The position numbers and the translations under genes are program-made. The notes under the pieces were generated by a model. The model was not told where the DNA came from. It saw only the letters and a list, made by a program, of their open reading frames with translations, and searched no databases. A DNA stretch of 64,000 nucleotides from Takakia lepidozioides (taxonomy: Eukaryota; Plantae; Bryophyta), in NCBI GenBank assembly GCA_030704615.1, contig CM060732.1, positions 62,682,001-62,746,000 on the forward strand, in the 5' to 3' direction. Shown here one piece after another: positions 49,862 through 63,267 of the stretch (position 1 is the first letter of the stretch; each line of letters begins with the position of its first letter).

Positions 49862-52800
49862 TCAATATCCATCAACTTGCTTTTCAAGAGCTGTTATAAT
49901 TTCGATATCGCGCGTGTCTCGCTTCAGTACTGCTGCCAGGTGGGATATAGCCTCTGTTTGCTGCCGCAGCACCTGCACCAGAAGAACATTCTTAGAAACT
50001 CTCTTCCCTCTCATCTCTCCAAATGTCAATATCGAAGTCAACTGTTTGGCATGCCACGGGTGAACACAACGAAGAGGTTCAATTGCACAAAGCTCCACAC
50101 AGTGCCATATTCAGTTTGTGAAGATGTTAGACATCAAACAACATACAGACCTCATGCATTTCCACAAGGCTTTGATCATCAATCTTCCCAGGTCCCAGTA
50201 ATACAGCCTGTGAACCGGCCCCAACACCTGCTTGCATTCGTGATATGGACAGTAAAGTTTCAACCCTTCGTGGTAACTCAGCACTCGCTCCTTGTAGCTG
50301 TGGTCCCAAATCATGAAGCCGAACAATATTAGGAATGAAGTACCTCAACAAATGTATTGCAATTGAAGCACCATCACATAAACTCAGAACCCCCTAAACT
50401 TAAGACCCTGACCACTGCTGTCAGAGTCCACAGCTTTACTTAAAAGACCCGCTAGTCCACAAACTTACTTGACGAGCAAGACCACGCAACTGATCGCCTA
50501 ATTGAGACTCCCCTCGAGTTAATGCCATGTGCAAACCCTTTGCCTCTAAGGCCTCCACTATCCTCATCACCTGCAAAGAATGCAAAATCAGTTGTGTCAA
50601 GCCAGCTCTCTCAAAGCAACAATGGTAGACACAAGCACACCTGGACCTTGGAGATTGGAATTATTATACAAAAACCAAATACGCATTGGGAGCATAACAA
50701 AAAAAGGTTTTTGACAAAACTTTCAGTAGCCGCTGCACACAAAGAAACTATTTTTATGGTTGAATGCTTTCACATAGAGCTAAAAGAAGTGAAAAAAAAG
50801 GAGCACTTTTCATGAATTGGTGATCATATAACAAGAAGGTGCAGGTTATATGACAGTCAGAAATCTGTCACAATCAATTACTTTCAAGAGCCGCCGTTGC
50901 AATTCCTGCTCCTTCTGACGCAAGCGTTGAATCCAAGGCAGTGTATCCGTTTCAAAGTGCCGTCGCAGCTGCAGACCAGGTATAATGGCAAGCTGTGAAA
51001 TCTTTCTACTGTCACGATTTTGACTTTTTAATGACCTCTTCCTGTGCAATACTAGATTGCCGGGTGGCAACGAGAAACACCCACATCATGCAGGGATGAG
51101 CTTGCGAATGATATTCTCCAGTAGAAAACAATTGTGACAACCAAGGCAAACACTAGAAAGTCATTAACCAAAATCTCCTCATGTGCCAAACAGAGTGTTC
51201 AATTTCTTGTACATTGTTATTGGAAGAAAGACTTCCAACAGACATTGCAAATGCTTCTACCCAACATGGAGCATATTTTCGACCGAAGGCAAAACAAACT
51301 AAGAAATTCTTTCATACTTTACTTTGTGAATCTTCAAATGATTGTTCTTCTTATGCGCACCTAAGAGAAAGCTCAACCAAACTCACGTCCACATGATGTA
51401 ATTGTACTTCTTTGAAGGTATTATCCTCAATAACTGGATTGCCACCAGGGATACATGAGGTTGGACTGGAATTTGACACCTGAAAATCGCCAAAGGACCT
51501 AAAGCTATTTTCTTGCTACAGACTTGCTGTTTGCCAATGCCCCAAATATATCTCAAATAAATAGCACACTCCCTAACAAGCTTACATCACAGTATAAAGG
51601 ATGATAGCACACACCAGCTTCACATTCGATTCCGTCACGTGTAGTCGCTGGACATCTGCTGCAATAGCCTCATCTTGCAGCTGTCTTGCTCCATTCACAT
51701 CCTTTTGTTAATCTTTGTCTCTAGTGGAGTTCTGCTGCCTTGTTCTACAGGACCCTCTGGGCTCCCATGGACATTAAAATAAATTTCATTTTATTACTCT
51801 CTTTCCGGTTCTCTCTCTTTGGGCAGCGACTTAAGCCCACACATAAACTACCAGTAAAGCGCCCAACCAGCCCCAACTGGATGAAACAGTCTCTGGACCA
51901 CCACATGCCGCCCATAAGAGAGATATGACAGCCCAGAAAGTACAGCAAGCATGACTGGAGCTCTAACTGCAGCCAAATATGATTCTGGCCACCCAACTGC
52001 TGCTGATTGGAAAACCCGACCTCTTGATCCAGGTAGAAGCACCATATGCATACTTGGCTACCAACATCCAGTAATAAGGTAACATGAAGCAGACCCTGCC
52101 ATTCATAGACTTGGACAATAAAGCCGTGCTGCAGGTGCTAGCCTATGCAAATTGACCATACCTTCACAACACGGGATTAAACCTCATGATAATGAATGAC
52201 ATCTATTCATTATATACTAGTACGTTTCACTTAAAGGGGGAAAAGGGAAGATCTGCAAATGACCTTCATGCGTCGTGAAAGATCCTTGAAACCATGCACT
52301 AACTCAGGCCACAACCGTTCTCTATCAGCAGGGTCCATTCCCTCCAACTTGTTCATTGCCTCCACCCACATTATCTGCAGGAATCACAAAACACCCTTAT
52401 TAAACATCCCTACTATGGAACTACAAGACAACCCAAAGAATGAGACTATCACCAGCTTTGGTGGTTCAATGTATGGCGACTGGGGTTGCAATGCCATGTC
52501 CCACTTCAACTGAGGAGGGAACTATAATATGAGAGCTTAAGTAGTACACCCCAAAGACAGATCTGCTTCTGTTAGGGGCATGCAGACTGTGGTCCATGCT
52601 CGGAACAGGAAAATCCCATACCAATCCAAGCAAGTACTCGCGTCAGCCATTCTAAGAGCAATCGAACCCTATTTCACAGAAACTACAATATTTGTCAGGA
52701 TCAAGAGACAGAACCCTGGTTCTATTGGTGTGTTTCTGGTATGCCAGAAGGCTACTCAAATATACTTCATCCTGACATAAATTACATTGACAACAGACCA

Positions 52801-55800
52801 ATCAAGCAAACCTATCTTTGCTCTACAAGAAGATTGACATTGAAGACACTTACGTCAGACACACCAACAGGCTTGACACGTGCTGATGGATCAGTGACAC
52901 TTAAAAGTAAATGCTGCACCAAAACAATTGAACCCCCCATCACCATCCAAGTCCCACATCTTACACTAGTTTGAGACACATGGAGGATAATTACAGTGTA
53001 GCTGGAAAAGAAACCTCCAGCCCCACCTACTTCCATTGAGAGAAACACAATGTTAACAGATACTTTGCCACCTTGGACAAGTGTAGAATCCCACTCTTGC
53101 AAAAAAGAGTCACTTTCTAGACCAATCGTACTGGATTTACAATGAGACATCAGGTACAAGGTCGGGCATGACAAAGACTTCCATTGCAATCCATAAACAA
53201 ACTATGGAGGCTGGGTACCCACAGACCAGTAAACTACATAGGGCTTGAAGTTGTTGCAACCTTAAATCCATATCGTGGATTCCCAGGCTCATCCTTGTAG
53301 GCATCAACAATTGCCTGCTCTCCCACCCCACCACATAAACAATGAACTTTCTTCCTGCTTAAAGACAATAAGCTTGGTTTCACGTCAACCTGGCCCTACT
53401 TTCCAACAAGTCTACATACTTGAAACTTCCCAGCCATTGATCACAAAACCTGAACATTCCATTAGGTTCGACAACACAGCATAGGGTGAAGATGACTTGC
53501 TTGTGCAGATTTGCATTTTTATCTCAAAGCATTAAGTACCACTAAGCACCCACAACCATCCAAGAAGAGTGAGAAAGAATAATAAGGGGGCCATCTGGCA
53601 TCGAATACATGCGGGCCATGCTGATTTTTACAAGTAGTTTTGTCATGATTTCAAAGCAGAGAGTAAGATTGCTGACAAGATAAATATTTTCTTCTCCACC
53701 ATATAAGGTATCTTTACAAGGTAGCTGGACTAGTGAAAGAAAATGAAGCTCACCTGTATTTCCCGATCAGGCAGAGGCACCACCAATGGTGCAACTGGCG
53801 CCATTTGAGTTGTTAACTGCCCACTGTTGAATAAAGTAAGCTGCTGTTGAGGTGGTGTGCCGAATGACGGGGCTTGAAACATGGACGACTGGGGTTGGCC
53901 ATAGATTCCCGGTGTTGTCTGGCCAAACGGCGAAGGCTGCTGTGGTTGACTCCCAAACAATGACCCTTGGCCTTGCTGCTGTGTCTGCCCAAACATGGGG
54001 GTCTGAGGTACCTGACCAAACACTGGGCTTTGCTGAGGTTGGCCAAACAGTGACTGTGACTGTGACTGCCCAAACATGGAGCCTGTCTGCTGCTGACCTG
54101 AAACTTCCAAATTGCCAAATTGACATGTGAAAGTTGGCAAAAAGAACGAACACACTCACTCAAATTTCATTTACCACATAAGTAAGGTGCGGACTACTGA
54201 AGTACGAGAACAACCAGGGACTTCAGAGACATGACGTTCAAATAACAAGATACTTCTCCATGAATCATGTGGACATGCTCAAGTGTTGGCATTCACACAA
54301 GGTCAGCCCCCGAGATGCTGGACCTTGCCAAACAAAGTGAGCTGCCAGCAGGTGACACTGACATCCACACTGACTAACAAGGCCTACTCGCTGATTCATT
54401 CACAAATGGCAGTCCCCCTTTCACTACCGTGTCAACTGGTTTAGTGTGGAAGTGATAAGATTCTGCTTTATCAGTCCATGGAACAATATTATTAGGAAAA
54501 AGCATGGCAACTTCAGTAAGATCTGGACATTCAGCAAAACTACTGTTCACCTGGAGTTTGACCAAACAAGGATGATTGAGTCTGTCCAAAGACTGGCGTT
54601 TGGCCAAGAGAACCCTGGGAAGCACCACCCAACAAGCCTCCACCTGTCTGCTGTGGGGTTGAGGAACCAAACAATGGTGGTGTGGAACCTGCATTATAAT
54701 TTGGTGACAAACAGTAAGTCAATTCTGAGCTTCTATTAGGTGCACATGGAACTTACAAACAACAAACACAGTCTATTCAGCTGCGACTCTGCACCCAAGT
54801 GTCATGCCCGATGTTGGCAACAGTGGAAAGCCAAGGTAGTCTAAACCCAGCATTAGCATTGGATTTAAGTGTTGTCATCGACACTAAGATTTTTTATCAC
54901 AAACTTGTTTACTTTGGTGGGATCCCACTGAGACCAAGTGCCTGCATGATCTCTTTCTTTTCATTTGAACAGGCTTGGCTGATCATTTGCTTACTGGGAT
55001 GAGTCTTTCCCAAAACATGTGGTGGCGTGCAAATGCATGAGAAACCATAGAGACCTCCTTATGATGGAAACATCTTTGCCTGCTCGAAACTGTGGAATTC
55101 CACAGTAAAGTACTTTGAACAGTTTACCTGTGGCCCCAAACACAGGTGAAGTAGTGCCAAAGAGGCCCCCACTACTGCCAGCGCCAAAGCTAGGAGTTGG
55201 TCCAAAGAAGCCTCCTCCTGAACTACCACCAAACATAGGCCTGCAAAACACTTGTAGCAGGAATGTGGGAAGTAAAACATACTAAGCTTCCGTTCACCGA
55301 GTGCACACTACTACCAAAGATTTCATACAATCGCACTTACTGGATAAAACCTGGTAGCCAACTACAGGTAACAAGGACTTGAAATAAAAGGGTTTGATCA
55401 AGAAACTCCAAGCAGCAGAAGCGGAAGCCTACAAAGAGAATCCTTCTGCAGGAGACACTGACTCGTACTATACATAGAGACAGACAAAACAACTCGTTCC
55501 TTCATTTGCTCAAAAAGGCCTCTGCCACCTTTCTTCCAAGAAAAAACAGTACTAAATGATTGTTTCTTGAGCCAACTAGAAAGGAAACAAAGAAATTCAT
55601 CACGTCCGTCCTGACAAAGAGAGAAAAAAAACTTTAGAGAGAGAGAGAGAGAGAGAGAGAGAGCGTGTTTGTGTGTTTGTCCAGAAAGAGAAATTACCCT
55701 CCGGGTGACTGTCCAGTTGCAGGGGGTGTGGAAAAGAGACCACCACCTCCGAAAGTTGACCCCATTCCAAACCCTGTTTGTGCTGGCGAAGATCCGGGAG

Positions 55801-55816
55801 TCCCAAACAGCGACAT
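49862..55816 (-). CDS. NUP54: Nucleoporin Nup54. Approximate exons: 55816-55698, 55240-55128, 54688-54551, 54097-53754, 53314-53261, 52913-52854, 52374-52264, 51680-51615, 50968-50882, 50570-50469, 50297-50151, 49972-49862
   Basis: FG-repeat N-terminus, then QLTTQMAPVAP..LPDREIQ-AIVDAYKDEPGNPRYGFK-HLLLSVTDPSARVKPVGVSD-IMWVEAMNKLEGMD..RERLWPELVHGFKDLSRRMK-LQDE and RLRQKEQELQRRLLK-VMRIVEALE...VLRQQTEAISHLAAVLKRDTRDIEI. All introns are GT-AG with matching phase. Confidence 0.95.
55635..55663 (+). repeat. (GA)n microsatellite in the first coding-region intron of Nup54
   Basis: Pure AG dinucleotide run. Confidence 0.9.
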
Positions 55817-56626
55817 CCTGACCCTCTAATTAGCAATCTATGGAATGCTTGTAGCTATCAAAATCTAGTAAATCCCACGATGCATTCAGAACACCACTGT
55901 TGTATCTCGTAGGAAAGAAGTACTTCCAGCAATCTGCTCAAAACTGTCGAACTTTATGTGAGTAAACAATGACAAGTATTTTAATGAAGTGATAGGAAAA
56001 TCTCGAAGTCCAGCGAAAGCCGTTGCACCGAAGTCTTAGCTTCCAAGACGCCAGGAAGACATCAGGAGCAAAATGGACAGGGAAGCATAACCCCTAAACC
56101 CTAGAAAAGTTCCATAGACAGGTCCATGAGGTATTGCAAGGGGGAAAATGCGCATATGAAATCCCGCAGCAATGCCAATGCTGAAGCTGAATTTCTACAT
56201 CAACTTCACAACAATCCACCTCTGCGTTCCACACTTCAGCTTCGCTGCGTCCCGCTCCCCCAACCCTAGGGCACGGCGGGAATAGAATGACCCGACGCTT
56301 CACCGGCCGAAACTCTTGCGCATGGTAGGAGAAGGGAACGCATCAAGAACGCTCGTGTGCCCGCTCTAAGATCTGTTGCAATGTAGCGCGGAGCGAGATC
56401 CCTGCTGGGATTGGATGTCGTGATAGTGCTGGATCTGAAATGTTTGATAGGGAAGGTAGAAGAAGTAGGGGAGATACGGAGGTTGAAAGATTGATAGCTG
56501 CCTGTCTGGGTTGAGCGCTTGTTTCGTATTTGCTACCTTAATTTGCTGGTTCATGTTGAGAAGAGATTTCAGTATTTGGGTCCAGGAGATGGAGAAGGAG
56601 CAGCTGCGGCAGCGCATACAGTAAGC

Positions 56627-59600
56627 ATGGCAAGCGTTGGCCACATGCCTGGCTTGCGCCGCCTCACCGTGGCCTTAGTCGCCTCCTTTCAGGAAGGTTG
56701 TCCTCGAGGCATCTCTGGGTGCCGTCACAAGCCTTCCCCAGTTTACGCTTCCTGGAAGCCTGGCCGTATGCTGAACACTTCAAACGGGTGTCGGGTATAC
56801 CAACCTCTGCGTTTACCGAACCGTACTGCATTCAGGGTTTTTTCAATCAGTGTCAAGCCAATTGCGGGGCAGTGGAAAGATGTAAAGGAGGGCCAAGGTT
56901 ATGGGCAAAGGGGTGAGCAAGGAGGCCACCAGTGAGTGGGGAAAATGTAGTGGCAACGTCCGCAGGTGGTCTCCGTCAGCAATGAGATTGCCAACATAGT
57001 GCAGGTCACTGGCCGTCTGGACCGGGATATCAAATGCGTGGAAAAATCCAGCCTTGCTATGCCCCAGACTGGCTCTAAAAATTCCGAGCTGGTAAGCAAC
57101 AATTGTCCCAACATAGAGTGGTTTATTATTCCTGCCAAAAGAGGGATTAAAGATGCCAAGAGAGATGGACTATTAACGCCCTCTTACGCGAAGTAGATCA
57201 GTGAAAAGGGAAAGAGTAGAACTTATAGTTTGATGTATGTATGCACTTTGTCTCGGTTATAGCGCAAAATTTGTCGTGGGTTTCGAGTTTATTGTTCGGT
57301 GCCTAGGGCAGGATCAACAAGGTGCAATCATACTCCTGGAAGCACTGTGCATGAGTTTGAATTGTGCATGTATTGGTGGACTTTAATGCCTTATTGGCTG
57401 GGAGTACTTGAACAGGTGGGAGGGTGTGAAGGGGAGACTGCATTTATGTTAGAGGGGGTCTGGGCGCGTATGCTTATGTCAACAAGAACGGCATTCCTCT
57501 ATAAAGTACCAAGGTCAGTGTTACTTCATTTGTCCTTCAGCCTGGCAGTGTTGGTAGGTACTGGCAGTGTGGGACATAAGGGTTGGTTATATCTTCGGAT
57601 AAAGGGATAGCTACTTCTCTACCTTCAGATACAAATGGTGCAGAAAAGTTTCCATGTTTGGGGAGCATAGGAGGTTGCACAATGGGAGAGTTTTACGGAG
57701 ATGTTTAATGTAATAGGCTTTTTTGTTAGCGTGAAGTTGTCAAAACCCAGTTAGTCCATGCATAGAAAGGCAGTAATGGCATTGCTGCTGTTTCTGACTT
57801 AGTATGTTTGTTGCAATGCAGAGGGTGACTAACAAATATACCCCAGTAAATTCCAGTACTTAATCCACTAAAGTGTCTGTCCTCATGGGAAATCTTTCTT
57901 TGACGTATGGAGGAACTTAGAGAAATATTATGTTGAGTGTGAGGAAAGTCTTGTAAATATGATTGTGCTTCATGCAGGATGTCAGGGTTGAATCAGACAC
58001 AGTTGTTTGAATCAGGCACCTCCACTATTATTACTGGTTTTGCAGCAGGACCAAGAGAGGGAGTCAAGAAGAACTCTTCTGGCATGTCTGGGGATGTTAG
58101 GACATTACTTCAGGCAGGGCAACTGAAAGGGGCACTGCAGATTCTGAACCAACAAGTCATTTCAGGAGACTCCAATACATATGTCCGTCTCTTGCAGGAA
58201 TGCATCAAGATGAAATACCTAGCAGAGGGAAAGCAGGTACACACCCACATCATACAAAGTGGATTCAAGCCAAACACCTTTCTACTCAACACTCTTGTCA
58301 ACATGTATGCCAAGTGTGGGAGCATGGTAGATGCACACCAAGTATTTGAAAAAATGCCTGAACGAGATATTTTTACGTGGAATATACTGATCGCAGGATA
58401 TGCCAAGCATGGATGTGTTGAGGAGGCTTTTGAAATATATGACAAAATGATACGGGAAGGGGTGGCGCCTGATAAGGTCACGTTCATTTGCATCCTCAAT
58501 GCGTGTACCAGCCTGGCAGTCCTTCACAAGGGCAGAGAAGTCCATGCTAACATAGACAGGGCTGGAGTTGCCCCCAATATCATTCTGGACACTGCCCTTG
58601 TTGCCATGTATGGCAAATGCGGGAGTGTAAAGGATGCGCGTGAAGTATTTGATAATATGGCTCAAAGAAATGTGGTCTCATGGACCGCCATGATTGCAGG
58701 ATATGCTCAGCATGGGTGTGGTAGGGAGGCTTTCGTGATGTATGACAGAATGGTACAGGAAAGGGTGGCGCCCAACAAGGTAACATATATTTGTATTCTC
58801 AATGCTTGTGCCAGCCTGGCAGCCCTGGGAAAGGGCAGAGAGGTTCATGCTGACATCATGAATTCGGGAATTGCACCAGATGTCATGCTGAACACAACGC
58901 TTGTTGACATGTATGCCAAATGTGGGAGCATAGTGGATGCACGCCGACTGTTCAACAATATGGCTCAACGAAACGTCATCTCATGGAATGCCATGATTGC
59001 AGGATATGCTCAGAATGGCTGTGGTATGGAGGCTTTGGAAATCTATGAGCAGATGATACAGGAAGGAGTAAGGCCAAATACAGTCACATTCATTTGCGTT
59101 CTCAATGTGTGTGCAAGCTTGGCAACGCTGGAAAACGGCATAAAGGTTCATGCTGACATAGAGAAATGTGGACTTGTGCCAGATATCACCCTGCAGAATA
59201 CCTTGGTCAATATGTATGCCAAATGTGGAAGCATAAAGGATGCACGGCAGGTATTTGACAATATGACCGAACAAAATGTGGTCTCGTGGAGTGCAATGAT
59301 CGCAGGATATGCAGAGCATTCTAGTGGTAGGGAGGCAATCAAGATCTACAAGCAAATGATTCGGGGAGGGTCGACACCCAACAAGGTCACATTCATTTCA
59401 GTTCTCAATGCATGTGCCAGCCTGGCAGACCTAGAAAAGGGCATAGAGGTTCATGCTGACATCATGGAAGCTGGAATTGTGCCAGATATCATTCTAGACA
59501 CTGCCCTTGTTGACATGTATGCCAAATGCAGGAGCATGAAGGATGCACGTCTAGTATTTGACAATATGGTTCAACGAGATGTGGTCTCATGGAACGCAAT

Positions 59601-60333
59601 GATTGCAGGATATGCTCAGCATGGGTTTGGTAGGGAGGCTTTCAGGACCTATGAGCAAATGAGACAAGAAAGAGTGACACCCAACAAAGTCACATATATT
59701 TGCATTCTCAATGCATGTGCCAGCCTACCAGCCCTTGGAAAGGGCAGGGAGGTTCATGCTGACATCATGAAAGCTGGGATTGAACCAGATATCATCCTGG
59801 ACACTACCCTTGTTGACATGTATGCCAAATGTGGGAGTGTGAAGGATGCACGTCACGTGCTGGACAATATGGCTCAACGAAATGTGGGCTCCTGCAATGC
59901 AATGATTGCAGGATATGGCCAGCATGGGTGTGGTAGGGGAGCTCTGGAACTATTTGAAGAGATGCAACAGGAAGGGTTGAAGCCAGACCGTATCACTTTC
60001 ATATGTGTTCTCTCTGCATGCAGCCATGTGGGCCTAGTGGATGAAGGCTGTCACTACTTTGACTCCATGAAGCGAGATCATGGCCTCACTCCTACAGTGG
60101 AGCATTTTGGTTGCATGGTGGATCTTCTTGGCCGTGCAGGGCGATTGGGTGAAGCAGAAGACTTTATTCGCAAAATGGCAATCAAACCAGATGCTGGGGT
60201 GTGGGGTGCCTTGCTTGGTGCGTGCAGAGTCCATGGTGATTTAGAGCTAGCAGAAGGTGCAGCAAAATGCCTTTTCAAGGGGGGCCCACATCAGGCTGCA
60301 CATTGGGAAGTTGCCAAGGCACTGCAGCACTGA
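56627..60333 (+). CDS. PLS-class pentatricopeptide repeat protein, truncated after E1. Exons 56627-56931 (putative organellar targeting peptide) and 57978-60333
   Basis: About 20 regular P-L-S repeats (VVSWNAMIAGYAQHG / KVTFICILNAC / TALVDMYAKCGS), then P2-L2-S2 (HFGCMVDLLGRAG) and E1 (WGALLGACRVHG). A phase-2 GT-AG intron (56932-57977) joins an R/S-rich N-terminal exon in frame. Confidence 0.9.
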
Positions 60334-60668
60334 GGTTGACACCAGGTGCATATATTTTTTCAAATTGCATCCAACTTGGCATCCATGCTGAGCTGCAGGG
60401 ATTGTCTGGGCAGATGAAGGAGGCTGGTAAGTATCTGGCACACTTTCCGAAACTGCACAGTACAGAAGACGAGCACATGAAGCACTTGTTGCCATCACAG
60501 CGAGAAGCTGGTCATTAATGTTGACATGCCCTTGGACACCTGTCCATGTCACCAAGAACCCCTGGGTGTGGTGAATGCCCCACACAGCCACCTCGAAGAT
60601 TGTGGTAAGGGAGGCCAACTGCTTTCACCATTGCCAAGAAGGGTTTGTTCTTTAGAGAAGTTCTGTGA
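60334..60668 (+). pseudogene. Decayed DYW deaminase domain downstream of the PPR stop codon
   Basis: Out-of-frame remnants IHAELQGLSGQMKEAG, CHHSEKL (HSEKL at 60496-60510) and TKNPWV..GEC..HTATSKIVVREANCFHHCQEG. Confidence 0.85.
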
Positions 60669-63099
60669 CGTGAGAAAACGTGCTGGAAAGAAAGTGTTGA
60701 AAAGAACAGATGAAAAGGTCATAATGTCCCTTTTAAACACAAAGAGCAGGGTTGAAAGAAATGATTTGTGTTGACAGGCAGTATTGCACTGTGTCTGAGC
60801 TGCCCATGTTGATGATCCCAAATCCAAGTATGGTACAAACCGCATCGCGCAAAGAATCCTGAAGTTAGGGAGGTTGAATTTCTGTCACCAGAAAATGTTG
60901 ACAAGGGGATCCCCAAAAGAGACGGGACTACTTGGTAGTTGAGGTGGCTTTAGTGGCAAGTTTTCCACATCTGGATACAAGTTCATACCTTTGCCTTCTA
61001 CTTGCCACAAGAACTGACAAGCTTTCAAGTCGATTGAGCAAACGTAGGTGTGAGATCTGCCCATACAGCCAACACTTCTGCTCAGGAATTTCCCTGCCCA
61101 TACCTCCATGCAATTGTACAACTGTTTGATGTGGAAACCTTGAGGCAGTAGTGCAACTGGTACATAGCCCCAATGTGTCTTGTGACCGTGGACTGCATAT
61201 AACCCATGCACCCAGATCCCAGGGTCTCACAGGATCCTTAACATTGGGAACACCGCTCGCTCGTGGGATCATACGTTCCACAGAAAGTTCCCAACCTGGA
61301 GCACGGTTTCTCGTCAACGTGGCGAAACCTCATCCAGAGCTGGCGAAATCCGGAGATTCCGACAATCAGCCCGGAACCCCTTTTCACATTGTCTGAAACC
61401 TTTTTCTGATTTTCAGGCACGTGGCGCCACGTGACATGGTGGTGTCAAATATCTGGCATGTCAGGAAGGGAACTCTACATTCGCTGATTTTTCGGTAGGG
61501 CACTGTTCCGCCCCAACACTTTTACTGTCGCATATTCATAAAATTATGTAAGCACGACAAAAGCCTCAATTTGGGGATGCGATATGCTCGACAACTTGTC
61601 ACGCGCTTGCTTTTTGGTATGTAGTTTTGGAGAAGGGAATCCGTGGAGCGTCGCCGGATACGAGGTATGTAATTGATAGTACGGCGAGTAGCGCGTCAAA
61701 AGCATCGCAAATGTGTGACCCAAAAGGCCGCACATGTGTCCAATTTCCCACAACCTAGTTCAGCCACGGCATTTTTAGCGTGGACAGTTAGGGTTTAATG
61801 CATGGCCGTGCGGCTGCTGCATCCCCCTCGTGTGTGGCATTCATTATGGTCATCCATGTATGGATGAGGAACAAGGCCTAATTGAATGGATGAAACCAAA
61901 GGTTTTTCCTTTGGAGGAATTGTCCCAAAAGATGAGGTCGCAGTGTTTTTCTAATTTGAAATATAAGCATGTGATTACCATAGACCTTTGGGCAAGTTCA
62001 ACAATCATATGTCGAATATTTATTTTATTTTGAAAATTTCATTTCAAAGTATGAAATACTCACAAAGATGCTTTATTATCATTCACAAAATTGTTTAATT
62101 TCACAAAATCAATTTCCAAAATTTTCAACAATATTATAATTTGTGTCGAAATTGCCAAGGTACTATGGTATGCAATTTTCATTTCGGGCAACCTAAGACT
62201 GAAAAAAAAAGAAAATCTGATGTAAGCAACTATAGAGTGTTGTTGTAATTCATTGCTCACTTGCGAATTGATGGCTAGTAAGGCTCTGATCATGAATCAC
62301 GGCCTGCTTGCCTTGATGGGGGCCTTGGTATTCTGGACCATACATCTCCTTGCTTGGGAAGTGGGTCTCTAGTCTCTACCAGTGTTATATACTGTGGTAC
62401 ATTATATTTAGGGCTGTGCCTGGTATATGCACTACCTAGTATGTGCACTCCTATGAAAAATCAGACCAGCCTTATATCCACTTATTAGTGGCTTACTATG
62501 GTTTTGAACAGGTTGCCCCCAATAACCCTAAGATTATTACCCCGACATCACTAGACTAGTGGGGGTCTTCATTGATCTCATTGTTGTTGGAGACCAGTAT
62601 ATCTCCCCCAGCGTTGTAAGAAACTCCCCTAACTTAACTTAGTATTCTTTCCAGTTACACATCCTCGGTGCGGCTCCATGAATGTCGAATGTAGTGGCAG
62701 TAATTTATGGCAGTAATTGATCATTTTTAATATTTTGCCCCACGTTTTGCCATTTGTTTCTTTCTGATCTTGTTTTTTATTCTCTCATTGCCAGATCCGG
62801 AAGAGAGAGTCGAATTTGCTTGCGTTGACGCAAGCATAATTTCTCCCTCTCTGCAAGCTTTGTTTCATGCGTACTTATGTGTTGCAATAAATAGAAAACA
62901 CACCTAAGAACTAGAAGAGAGTTGTGAGACAATAATCAAAAGCTAGACACATCTAAACTAACGTTTGCGTTTAAGAGTAATTGTGCCTTAAGCTTAATAT
63001 TTCTATTTTTCCTGGTGGTCAATTGGAAGTCCTAGAGTTAATCGGGATGCCATTCATGAGGGGGCTCAGTTGCCCATTCAATTCGTTGTCTGATCTCTA

Positions 63100-63267
63100 T
63101 TACCTCATCTACTCATAGGTCTCCAAAGCCTCCATTCCACACCCATGTTGCACTTATGTTGCAATCATGGCACTCGAAGACACTACATTATGTTTAGCCA
63201 TATTATCGAACACTTTCTTTGCATCCTTGATGCACTCATATTTAGCATACATGTCCACCAAGGCAAT
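63100..63267 (-). pseudogene. PPR (S-P repeat) pseudogene fragment
   Basis: Minus-strand translation IALVDMYAKYECIKDAKKVFDNMAKHNVVSSSAMIAT*VQHGCGMEALETYE*MR* closely resembles repeats of the PPR gene at 57978-60333. Confidence 0.85.

Noticed and set aside
60885-61211. 108-aa minus-strand ORF with a vague resemblance to KDZ-type transposase motifs
   Set aside because: Catalytic motifs are not convincingly present, so it cannot be supported without a profile search.
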